NCBI GenBank assembly: GCA_949358305.1
Contig: OX442314.1
Coordinates: 16,306,001-16,370,000, forward strand
Direction: 5' to 3'
Length of the DNA: 64,000 nt
DNA from: Strigamia acuminata
Taxonomy: Eukaryota
This document shows positions 51,394 through 63,433 of this stretch, one piece after another; the stretch's first letter is position 1, and every line of letters starts with the position of its first letter. The notes beneath the pieces were generated by a model. The model saw only the letters and a program-made list of their open reading frames with translations. It had not been told where the DNA came from and did not search any database. The translations under genes were made by a program, and so were the position numbers.

Positions 51394-52717
51394 TTATGCT
51401 GTGTGCAATTTATGAGGGTCTGTAAATTTGGCTGTTAATATGTAAAACAATCCTGGGAATGGAACTAACACTAGGAGAGATAAATTAAAACTTAAATCTT
51501 TCAATTGCGTAACTGCTATTATTCCGAATGCATGCAAAGCCCAATGTCCGAGTAAAATTACAACGTTTCTGACATCGGATACTGTTGACACTAATAGCGA
51601 CTTCATAGACTGAAATGAAAGAAATTTTGATCACTTGTACGAATTGCATTGTGGTCTAATTACTTGATCCAGACGAAAAGCAAAATGCGCAGCACTGGAT
51701 ACTACAGAGATAATTATTGTGATGTAAGGGAATGAAAAATCTAAAAAAAAAAAATTAATAATAATTCTAAATGTAAAAAAAATTATAATTTTTGTTCATA
51801 TTCTTTACAAATAAGTCCTGCAAAAATTGCTTGTATCAGGCACAAAACTGGAAGAAAATACAATGCTGCGTAAACGGCAACTTTGCCTCTTGTGGGTAAT
51901 AACTTGGCAACCAGGAAGGGCCGAAACAGCATCATCAGCACTAAACAGAGCGCGTAATACACAAAAACGATCGTGTACCTTAAAAAATGAAAAGTTGGCA
52001 GCATAAATAAATAAATAAATCATTTCACCATTCTAGCTTACAATGGATACACCGCTTCTTGCGTACAATGCAGAGTGTGTGTGTAATCAGGACTTGGGTT
52101 GTATAGCAATGTGTACCAGTCCGATAACCATCGAACGGGGCACGATGTAATTTTCATTTCGCCAAATGGATTCGCAAACAATACAGTCAGTACAGCTGCG
52201 ATTAGCACTTCCATGAAGGCAGATACGTGGAGAACTAAAACTGCTTGAGTGAAACTAGAATGATGATAAAATAAAATTATTATCTTTTATTTGCTCTTAG
52301 TCAAATTGAATACCTTCTCCTTTTTGCTGCAAAGTCAATACAAAACCAGTGTAAAACAAGAGGAAGAAATGCCATAAAGGCTAAATACAACCAATCATAA
52401 AACTGGGGACTAGTTATGCATTGAATACATTCTGATGTACTGGAATTCACTCGAAATCCTCTAGGACAGGCCTAAAATATTGTTATTAATTATTATATTC
52501 GATCTATGTATACCGGTATTCTTTTAAAATATTTACGCGGCAACTGCTCCATGTTCCATTGCCTAGAAATGTTCTGCCACAATAATATCCAGGGCATGAT
52601 GTAAGCGGTCCTTAAAATGAATTTCAGATTTTTTTAAAAAAAATAGCACAAATTGAAATGTCAAGTGTAACTACCTGGCTCGTAATAATGAGAATTGTCA
52701 TCAAATGCAGACGGCAT
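51394..52717 (-). CDS. JKAMP: JNK1/MAPK8-associated membrane protein
   Basis: CPGYYCGR, CPRGFR, YDWLYLAFM, LSDWYTLLYNPSPDYTHTLHCTQEAVYPL, YAALYFLP, FYILTAKFTDP. Confidence 0.94.
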
Positions 52718-53082
52718 TGCACGCTAAAACGCCGTCTTTCACATTTAGGATCAAATTAAACAGCCATAAGCAACCGGAGAAAACGTCAAATCAAGACGAG
52801 TATCGTCCTCCCGTTAGTCAAGGTATGACATTATAAATTATACGGCAATGTCTCCATATTTGTAAATAAAATAAAACTTATTTTACCATTTAAATTAGTT
52901 TGATATTAATTTTATAAGGTAATTAAAAAAAATTATATAAATAATTATTAAATTTAAAAACCGAACAGTATAAGTCTGCAACTACCGGAGACTGCTGAAT
53001 GGTTATCCCGCATGTTATAGGTGCTTGGATGATTTTATATTAATTTTATTGTTTCGTTTGTTATTATTCATTTTATATTATC

Positions 53083-55035
53083 ATGATAACGCCTATGTTT
53101 AAAGTTCGACAAGATAACGATTTTGTTACAGTTGTTATAGAGGCTAAGTACGCTAATGTCAGTGAAACTGAGGTGTATTTTGACCAGTACGATTTTAAAT
53201 TTCATTCTAAACCATACTATTTACGGTAAAGTTTACGTTATATTTCAAAAATAACGTTTGGTTCTTACGTATTTTTTTGTTTTTAATTTCTAGGTTAACG
53301 TTTCCATGCCAAGTGAAGTCGGTAGACGAATGTCAATATTCAAAAATTGCCACTTACGATTGTGAAACTGGGACATTTGTTATAAATATCGCTAAGAAAA
53401 ACCAAGGAGAGGTTTTTGAGGATTTAGATTTTACTAGCAAATTGTTATCAATTCCTAAAAAAGAAGAAATTGCACCAAACATAGAGGTTTTAGGTTCGTT
53501 GTGTTATCTTCTATTTGTTTAATGTGTCGACGATCATCATTCAAACTTATCTTTGCAGATAACACTGACGATTCGAGCACATTTAGTGACGAAAAATGTG
53601 AAAATTTTGATTGGCACATTGAGCAGAAAATAACGACTGAAGATAGTTTAATCAGTCAAAACTGCTACGGTTTTGCAAATAAGAAATCTGGTTGTTTAAA
53701 CGAAGTTTTAGAAGAGATTTCCGGTTTGATCGACTTGAGCAATCCAGATAACAAAACGAACGACGAAAGAACCGAGGAACGGATTGCCAAACAAATCCAG
53801 CATTTTAGTGAAGATCATTATTTGTAAGGCTATTGCTACTAAATTCTCGTAAACGTACTATAATATGATTTTCTTAACAATATTTTATTAGAGCTGATTT
53901 GTACGACTGTGATGAAATTGAAGAAATTATAAACTATCTGCCGTTTTGGGAAAAGGAAACAACAACAACCATCGAGTTTACTGATAACGAACAATTTATA
54001 TTGAAAGAATTACCCCGAAGAGAATATTTGTTAGATACAAATGAGCTTCGTTTCGTTGGATTAGGTTTAGTCGATTTGATATATTGCTACGCTTATCAAC
54101 ACAGAACGACATTTTCTGAAACTAACGTACTTTTATCTTGAAATCAGATTAGACCTTGAATCATATGATTATATATTATTTTTTTTAGGTTGAATCCGGG
54201 TGGACAATACGTAAATTAAGTCCTACGTTGTCGTGGTTAGAGGTGCGAACTAGTCTTTGGTTTAAACTTTATTTGTTTTAATAACTTTTATAACTATTTA
54301 GGTACACACGTCCTTAAAGTCGACATTGGTTTCACTTATTCAAAGAAGTTTAACTTACCCCTTGTACAGGAACTGGAAACTTAGTCGTAAAATTCTCAAG
54401 GACGTTCAGAAGATATTCTCCCACGGTATTACGGATGTTTTTTAAATTGAGAAACAGTGTTTAATGTACTTAATGTCATTTTGCAGGTCGTAAGTGTATA
54501 TTGAAATGTCTTTTGGAAATTCGAAATATTTTCATAAATAGTGATGGTCAACACGTATTGAATGATTTATATATAACTGATTATTGTGTTTGGATTCAGA
54601 AATCCCAGTAAGATGATTTAATCAAATGTAAATACGTACAATATTATATAATTTTTTGTTTTTTGCAGGGACATATTTATTCAAGATTTGGCTAAATCGT
54701 TAATTGAAGTTAAAATTTGCAAATCTGACGTTGAATTTGATTTGGAGGAACTAGAACGGGCTGCTGAAGAAATAGAAGCTGCTGAAATGGCTAGTGAGAA
54801 AGAAAATTCCAGTGACATGAAGGAAATTTGTAATAATTTAGAGGAACTGCGTTTGGTTAACGAGAAAGGAAGTGATGGCTTACCAACAATTAAGGAAGAG
54901 GCGGGAGAAGAAAAAGATGTTGCGACAGATGATGATGATGACGATAATGATGCAAATGAGAACAGTAGTGCTGAAAGTTCAGATTCTGAAGCGAGCTATT
55001 ATTTGGATAGTGATGATTCAGAAAAGGAAAAATAA
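53083..55035 (+). CDS. SHQ1: H/ACA ribonucleoprotein assembly factor SHQ1
   Basis: MITPMFKVRQD...FHSKPYYLRL CS domain, FEDLD, YGFA, EDHYLAD, ESGWTIRKLSPTLSWL, RSLTYPLYRNWKL, LNDLYITDYCVWIQ; acidic tail with LDSDD. Confidence 0.95.
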
Positions 55036-55395
55036 TGATTTACGACACAAAAATGTGTTAGACACTTGTAAATTAGTATAAAATCTGTAATAAATAATTG
55101 TAAGAGTTTTTTTTTATTAATTGCGTAATGGCAAAAATCAAAAAATTGTTTAATTTATAACGAGTTGTCTATTAAAATAAGCAGAAAATATTATAAAGGT
55201 TTTACATAGTTTCTATTATTTCTCACGATTATAAATTGGCGCTGGTGTCAAATGGCTCTTAATTGCTTGGGTGTGTAGGGCAACAGTGCATAAATCTACA
55301 CAAATTACGATCCAGCATGGACAAAATAACGAGAACAATAGTACAAACGTGTAGTTAGTATAGAAAACTAACTTTTTAAACTTTTTAGTTTCAAA

Positions 55396-56635
55396 ATGAC
55401 GTCGTGGAAACTAAATAGCATCATCGAACTGAAAACAACAGAAATGCACACTGCTGGTGAACCAGTACGAATAATTGAATCAGGTTATTCGGAAATAAAA
55501 GGCACAACATTGATGGAGAAAAGGAGCTTCATGAAAACAAATATGGATCACATCCGACAACTGCTGATGAGAGAACCGCGTGGCCATGCGGATATGTACG
55601 GAGTAATTTTGGTCGAACCCGATGACCCTTCGGCCGATATTGCAGTATTATTTCTCCAAAACGAAGGTTACAGCACTATGTGCGGTCACGTCACGATGGC
55701 ACTTGGCCGCTACGCAGTGGACAAGGGTCTCGTCAAACCCGTTAGCCCCGAAACTAGAGTAAATATTCAATGCCCGTGCGGTTTAGTTCGTACCTTTGTA
55801 AAGTATGGCAAACATGGTTCTGGAAATGTCCGGTTTTTGAGTGTTCCCAGTTTTGCATTTATGCTTGGTAAGATAATAAGAAAAAGATTATTCAAATGTC
55901 ACTTTTATATTTTATTTTATTTTTGTATTGTTTGTATTTTTTAGATTTCAGAGTTGATGTTCCGAGCATTGGCGAAATATGTGTTGACATTGGTTATGGA
56001 GGAGCTTATTACGCCGTGGTATCTGCGAGCAAATTGGATGTGGATATAACGGAAACTCCGGTAAAGACATTAGCTGAATTAGGAGGATTAATATCAAGTT
56101 TGTAACCTGAAATTCAGTTTTAATCGAATCCGTGATTGTTTTTAACTTGTGTTTTTTTTTTTTTTTACAGCGGCTGTCAAGAAAGCGTTAAAATTGACAC
56201 ATCCGGATAATGAAAACTTGGCGTTTTTGTACGGAACAATAATTACGGATGGTAAAGACGAGTTTTCTGAAGAACCAACTAAAAATGTGTGCGTTTTTGC
56301 TGATCAACAAGTGAGAGCTTGACTAAATATTAATTTTATTATCCCAAATTAAAGTTATTGGTTTTGTTTTAAAGGTCGATCGTTCGCCAACTGGTTCTGG
56401 TGTTTCTGCTCGAATAGCAATTCAATACGCAAGAAAGCAAATTACGTTAGGGAAAAAACGCTGTTTTCATAGTTGTATCGATTCAGAATTTTTTGGAACA
56501 CCCGTGAACGAAACCAAGTGTGGAAAATATCCGGCAGTAATTGTTGAAGTAGGAGGAAGAGCTTTTTATACTGGCCGATGCACATTTATTCTCGAATTAG
56601 AGGATGATCTGAGTACAGGCTTTCTTATAAAATAA
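55396..56635 (+). CDS. L3HYPDH: trans-3-hydroxy-L-proline dehydratase (proline racemase family)
   Basis: MHTAGEPVRI, EPRGHADMYG, YSTMCGH (Cys), DIGYGGAYY, FLYGTIITDG, VDRSPTGSG (Thr at the second catalytic position, the dehydratase signature). Confidence 0.93.
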
Positions 56636-56963
56636 TCACTGAACCATAATTATGGAATTAATTAAATCATTGTAATAATCAATTTACCGATTCATTTTGT
56701 TTGCATTTATTTTCATGAATGCATTAAAGATATATTTGAGGTTACTGCAATCGATGTACAGTTTTATTTCTGTTAGAATTTTAAGTGTTAACGGTGTGGG
56801 CAACAAAGCCATCGAAGAAAACAACGGGCGCTGAGACGAAAATTGTCAGCAAAAGTAAAAAAAAAATTAATTTTATTTAATCAGAAAGATTACTGACTCA
56901 AGTGATGAATTTAAGACATGAAGTCCGGTCCGTATCAATGTAATACCAAATTTATTTGTTATT

Positions 56964-59694
56964 TCAAAATTCGGTTTTTATTTGTTGCAGAAGGAAAGAA
57001 TTGACATAAGTTGTGTTTGTTGCAATTGTTGTAGTATCTTCATCATTATCCTGGTTGTCTGGGAAATCTTCATCACTTGATAAATGTTCGGTTTTTATTT
57101 GTTGCAGAAGGAAAGGATTGACATAAGTTGTGTTTGTTGCAATTGTTGTAGTATCTTCATCATTATCCTGGTTGTCTGGGAAATCTTCATCACTTGATAA
57201 ATGTTCGGTTTTTATTCGTTGCAGAAGGAAAGGATTGAGACAAGTTGTGTTTGTTGCAGTTGTTGTAGCGTCTTCATCATTATTATGGCTGTCCGAGAAA
57301 TCTTCACCACTTGATAAGTCTTCATCACTTGATGAATCATCCCCGGCGTTAATGATGAATTGCTCCATTACATCATCGATTAATTCTTCCTGATCCCACA
57401 TTTGTTGTTCCTTCAATAGAATGTTGTATATGAGACAAGATAAGAACGAATATGGATTATTAATTTACAAACCTCCCTTTTTACATGCGAAAAATAACTT
57501 TCCCATTGCTGGGATGTCACTACTACAGTCCCTTGTCGCATCAGTTGTTTGACTTGTGGCAATTTAAATGTGGTGTTGTTAAAGCTAACATGGTGCTTAA
57601 CCTGAAATGTTATTTTTTTATAATATAATTTCTTTTGTGTTTAGATGCAGCAAGTTTATTGACCTGTCTCCAAACCATTTCAATTGGATTTAGGCAAGAG
57701 TGATGTGGAGGCAAGCGCAAAACTTTGAACCCTAAATCCTGGGCTCTGGAATCAAAGACATAGCTGACAAAATTGTCTTTTATTGCAGCTACAACCTAGT
57801 ATAATAAATAAGTATTGATAATATATTAAATTAAATGTTATATTTTAAAATAGAATACCTCCAGTAACTCAGCCTTTACATAATTATCCTCAAAATGTGC
57901 ATTATGGTCAATGCACCATTTTTGGATATCGGCTTTAAGCCATTCAGTTGTGGGTGTTGGATCCACTTCTTCAGTGTGATAGGATGCATTATTCATCACT
58001 ATCACACTGCCTTTTTCCAAGTTTGGAAAAATGGTTTCCATCCACTTCATAAAGTTTACCGAGATCATCTCTGAGTGGTAGGTATCATCAGATTTCTTAG
58101 CTCTAAAAGTAATTACAATAATTAAATACAGAATACTTCCAGATTAATGTAATTTAAATTACTTGAAAAGAAGTAAACCATTCTTGACGAAACCTGTGTC
58201 ACTTCCAATGTAAGCAACAATATGCCTACTTCCTTTGGGTGTGGCATGTTCCAGTCCAGTACTTAAATCACTCAGAAAACCATTTGTGTGTGATTTGCTT
58301 ACATTTTCACCTACAATAAGAATTAGCATTTAGTTAATTTCAAATTTCAAATTAAATTATAATTTCAGTTAATAACCTGCATTAACCGATGTTTCGTCCA
58401 TGTAATAAATTTTTCTTCCTTCTTGACGATAAGCTTGAATCTGACGAAGATACTTTCTCCTCCATGCCACGATATCATCCCGTTCAATAAGGGCTGCATT
58501 GCGTTTATGTCTTATAAACTTGAAACCGATATCGTGGAGAAGTAATCGTAATGACTCTGAGCATATATTCGGAAGTGTTTCATCATTCTTAATTGCAGTA
58601 GCAACCTTCTGCAGTGTTGGAACCTTGCTTTTTCGAAAGAATTCGTGCACTTTCGTACGAATAGCAGTTTGTGTGAACGAATCATATATATTTAGCCGCT
58701 TGCGATGATCATTGCGTCTATTCTTGCCAGTGCCAGCTGTTTGCAATCGTCCTAAACAACAAACAATTTTTAGTTAATTTACATATAATTTAGATTTAAT
58801 TTAGATTTATTTTAAAAAAAAATTTTTTAAATCTTGGTTTAATGTTTTTAGTTACCTTTCTCACACATTTCCCTTCTTATTCTTTTAATGGAACTTGTTC
58901 CCAAACCAGTCACATGTGACACAAGCTTAATCAACTTATTTACCCCAATTTTGGGTTCTTTATTTATAAATCTGTTGAACGTATTCAACACAATCTGTTT
59001 TGCCTGGCTATTTATTGGCCGACCTCTCTTGAATTTTTGAAATTCAGCAACAGGAATTGTTGGAGGATGGCCACCACGTCTACTTCCATGCTTACTAAAT
59101 CCAGGTGCAGGAATTTCAAAGAAATTTGAGAGATCTGGAGATGAACAACAACTGCTGGAGTTGCTTGCCGACATTTTGACTATACTCTTTACCACAGATT
59201 AGATTCTTCTAATCTGTGCTCTTGACTCACGGTGTCTTGACTATACCCATTGGCCGAGCCATATCACTGGTGTAGTGATCCAAAAATATAGACCCAAACA
59301 CCAGAAATGCATTACAATGTACAGACATTTGTAATCGACCAACGTGATTTTTTTTAAATATTAAATGTTTTTACTCACCCTTATCACGCAACTCCCTTCG
59401 AATTTTTCTTATGGAATTTATTCCAATACCAGTGACACACGACACAAGTTTAACCAACTCATTACATCCAATTTGAGGTTGCTTATTAAAAAGTTTGTTG
59501 AAAATATTCAGCACAATTTGTTTTGCCTGTCTATTTATTGGTCTACCACTCTTGAATTTTTCAAATTCAGCCACTGGAATTTTAGGAGCACGGCCACCAC
59601 GTCTACTTCCTAGCTTACGAACAACAACAGGAAATTCCAAAAGGTTAAGAAGATCGGGAGATGAACAGCAACTGCTCGAGTTACTTGCCGACAT
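56964..59694 (-). CDS. Intron-containing IS630-Tc1-mariner transposase-derived gene (DD82E spacing, Sailor-type), second catalytic Asp replaced by Asn
   Basis: Exons 59694-59379 and/or 59174-58856, 58751-58377, 58310-58163, 58102-57859, 57795-57664, 57601-57473, 57410-56964 splice in frame. Motifs LLHDIGFKF, IYYMDETSVNAG, YHSEM, SVIVMNNASYH, VLRLPPHHSCLNPIEMVWRQVK. Confidence 0.85.
56968..57318 (-). repeat. Coding tandem repeat, 117-bp (39-aa) unit, about 3 copies
   Basis: TCGGTTTTTA recurs at 56971, 57088 and 57205; unit HLSSDEDFPDNQDNDEDTTTIATNTTYVNPFLLQQIKTE. Confidence 0.93.
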
Positions 59695-60165
59695 TTTGCC
59701 TGTTTTCCAGAAAAAGTAACCAATACATTTTTCAAAAATGTTTTATTTCCAGATAAAATAACCGATAAACAGAACAAACATGAGTTTTTCATTTATATGT
59801 GCATAGAACTTTATTTCAAAAAAGGAAGTAACATTTCTTTATAAAAATAATCAAAATTATATCAACTTAAATGGTAATAGCAATCACAAAACATAATAAA
59901 AATAAAAACTACTTCTCCTAGTGGTAGTAATACAGACTGCAGTTAGGAGTAATACGGCTCAGCCAATGGGAGAAGGCCTCAGAGAAGGCCACCCTTTTGA
60001 GCTCGCTTTTGAGTCGAACAAGAGGAAAGGTGCGTGATTGGTTGTTGTAATTATCGCCAGGTGGCAATAGCAGTGTTGAATTTGTGAATAAGCTCGATTT
60101 GGTCCTGGTCTTGTGATCAAATAATTCAAATTGTCATTTGCTTTGCTGTTTCAAAACCAGTAAAC

Positions 60166-61331
60166 ATGTCCGGGAAGGATCGAATTAACGTTTTCCCTTC
60201 CAGAATGTAAGTTATTCGGATTTTTTAAAAAAAAAAGTGTTGTTTTACGGGAGATTAGGAAGTATAGTAAAGGGAGTTTCGTAATAGGACATAACCGGAC
60301 ATTTTACATCTGCAATATTTACTTTTAGGGCCCAAACTTTGATGAAAGCACGTCTTAAGGGTGCACAAACTGGACATAGTTTGCTTAAGAAAAAAGCAGA
60401 TGCATTGCAATTACGATTCCGAATGATTTTGGCGAAAATCATAGAGGTAGGTTGATTTAAATACAGGTTTGTATTGCTTCAGTTTAATTTAATATGTCGT
60501 TTACATTTCAGACGAAAACATTGATGGGCGAAGTCATGAAAGAAGCTGCATTCTCTTTAGCCGAAGCAAAATTTACAACTGGTGACACCAATCAAGTTGT
60601 GCTTCAAGGTGTGACTAAAGCACAAATTAAAGTTCGCTCTAGGAAAGATAATGTTGCAGGTTTGGATTGAATTTGAACAATTTTTACGTTTGTATTAATT
60701 AATTTCCTCGTTTCAGGTGTAAATCTGCCAATTTTTGAAAGTTACCAAGATGGCACCGATAGTAATAATAATAAGAAAAATAATTTAATAATTTATAATT
60801 AATGGATATTCTTAATTTTTATTAGCGTTTGAGTTAGCCGGACTTGCCCGTGGTGGCCAACAACTGACTAAGTTGAAAAAAAATTACCAACAAGCGATCA
60901 CACTTCTTGTCGACTTAGCATCGCTGCAAACAGCGTTTGTTACGTTAGATGAAGTAATTAAAATAACAAACAGAAGAGTAAACGCCATCGAACACGGTAA
61001 ATAATGGATTATATAACAGAAATTATATTTGTTTTACTAATTGATTTTTCTTTTTTAAGTTATCATTCCCCGAATTGAACGAACGCTAGCTTATATCATT
61101 TCTGAATTGGATGAGCGAGAAAGAGAAGAATTTTTTAGGTAATAAAGATATTATTTTAAAGAATTTAACAAACTGTGAATTTTTTATAGACTTAAGAAAA
61201 TTCAAGAGAAGAAAAAGCTAATCAGAGCAAAGGCCGAGAAAGAAAAGGCCGCATTAAAAGCACAAGGTGAATTAATTGATGCTCCAAAAAGCGTGTTTGA
61301 GGGCGAAGATGATGACATATTATTTAATTAA
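60166..61331 (+). CDS. ATP6V1D: V-type proton ATPase subunit D
   Basis: MSGKDRINVFPSRM|AQTLMKARLKGAQTGHSLLKKKADAL, MKEAAFSLAEAKF, LAGLARGGQQL, LDEVIKITNRRVNAIEH, ELDEREREEFFRLKKIQ; absent from the ORF track because its exons are short. Confidence 0.97.
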
Positions 61332-61595
61332 TTACTTCTGTATATACCCACATATCTAATCTAGTGACCGTTAAAGATAGACGTAGTAGTAACGCTAAAA
61401 AAATATATACATAACTTGAATTTTATTAAGAAAAATAAAATTGTTTATAGAATTGTACTGTACAGATCAAAAGAGAATATAATCGTGAGACTAGCTAATA
61501 TTCTGGACGTAATCTGATGTAAAATAATTCCTAAATGTTAAAAACGTGAAATTATTTGTATATTTATTTACATACAATAAAAAATATGGTTGGCA

Positions 61596-63433
61596 TTAAT
61601 GATGTTTGTTTAAGTAGTTGTCAATAGGTTGAGCATATTCCGAATTCCAATCTCGTAGAAAAATCTTGTGTATTTCTTCTCGTATGAATTGAGTAGAGTT
61701 TGGGAAATCGGTGACCGTTTCATTAATAACAAAACCAATTCCCCCCGTATTAATGAAGTAATCTCCGGACCAATTCGATGTCCCGATGTAAGCTACGTTA
61801 TCGGTTATCATGTATTTATTATGGTTTACTCTAGCAAATGGAATAAGCGATTGTTCCTTAGTAAAACTTGGCACAACGAACATTTTCTGCAAAATAAGGA
61901 AAAAGAAAAATGCAAAAATCGTCTAAACTTATCGAACCATTTTTTTTTTTTTTACAATTACCACTTGTATGTTTATCGTTTCGTACGAATTGTTTAACAC
62001 AGCCAGAGACTTTAGGTAATATACCATAGCTGGGTCCGTGTGATTCCAATGGCTAGCCAATAATTTCACCTCAACCTGCCTCTCTATTGCAGCTTTTTTA
62101 AGTGCATCGTCTATCAGGGGCCAAAACCTGTAATAAAACGGTTTTCAATTTATTTATTTACAATTCATTATTACTACTTCACCTACATTGGCCGAGTTGT
62201 GTAAATTGTAGCTGGAAAATAGTCCATAACAGCAACATAAATATATTTTTCAGCGCTGTTAATAACATCCAAAATAGCATCGATATCCGATGTTCGACCT
62301 TGAGCACAAAATGGTGGCGGTGAACTCTAATTAAGTAATTGTTTGGTATAAAATAAATAATCAGGTTTCTCTATTTTATGTTTAACATTACGGCTAAGTA
62401 TGTGTATGTGTTTGAATCGTTGAATTTAACGTGCAATGGAGACGTGCTGTTGTATCGAGTCGAGTATTCTTCGGGCCAATGCGGTGGAATTTCTGCTCCG
62501 GGTTGGCCCAAATCCCAATAAATTTGAAATATTTTTGACATATCCTCGGCCAGACAGCTACAATTGTGAATTGCAACACCTAGTTCCTTAACCTTTGGTG
62601 ATTTAAAACAAGCTCAAACGATTTTTCGTTAAAAATAAACAATTCTTTCAAACTATACCTGAGTAAGTGATCTCCAATCTAAATTCGCACTACCCAAATA
62701 AATATGCGTGTTGTCAACCAGCCACATTTTCGTATGTAAAATGCCGCCACCCATTAGTTTTTGAAAGTCCAAACTTCGAACTTCCGCGGCCTTTTTCGCC
62801 TGCAATTCTTCAGTATCTAAATTAGGTTGTGACGGGGCTGGTTGGTTTTGGGCAATTCGAATTTTGATGTTCCGCTCAGTGCCCGCTTTAAGTAACTCTG
62901 AGAAAATTTGTTCGCCTTGCCAATCCGATGGGTCGCGCCAAACGTCACTACCACGAAGTGTCCAATACGACGAAGCGATATCGATGGATTTCTTAGCATT
63001 TCGTATCAGACCGAGCCAACTGTCAAAAACTGACAAATTGTCAACTGTGCTGTTGTTATACACCAAGTCTTCCGGTATACTTTCCAAAATGACCAATCTG
63101 GAAGTATAGGGCAAAAGATCAATGTCAATACGCGTTTTACCATTATAGTGATCGATTTTACAAAACCTGCAATTGTCAGTACATCTATCCCATCGCATGA
63201 GAAAGGATTTTATTTCGACTGCATCTCTCGCTTCTTTTCTTTGTCCCAAAAATGGCAAGACCACGACCAAAACTATCAGAACCAGGATTATAGTTACAGG
63301 AATACAAGATGGTTTCAACCAGTGACTCCATTTATCTTCCCCAGTGTCTTTAGAATGTAAAAGGTCGACGTCTGACTTTGAAATATCATTTTCAGACGAC
63401 TTGTCTATAGTTTCATTACTACTCTCATTCTGC
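61596..63433 (-). CDS. PLD3: Phospholipase D3/4-like 5'-3' exonuclease; first exon not resolved
   Basis: Type II TM anchor, LVILESIP, IDIASSYWTL, HKD motif 1 ILHTKMWLVD...GSANLDWRSLTQV, motif 2 RVNHNKYMITD...IGTSNWSGDYF; an acceptor near 63433 implies an upstream exon. Confidence 0.93.

Noticed and set aside
56757..59912. Possible TIRs for the DD82E transposase (CAGTTTTATTT near 56759 vs AAATAAAAACT near 59900)
   Set aside because: Short, AT-rich and imperfect, with no matching TSD on the right; compatible with chance.
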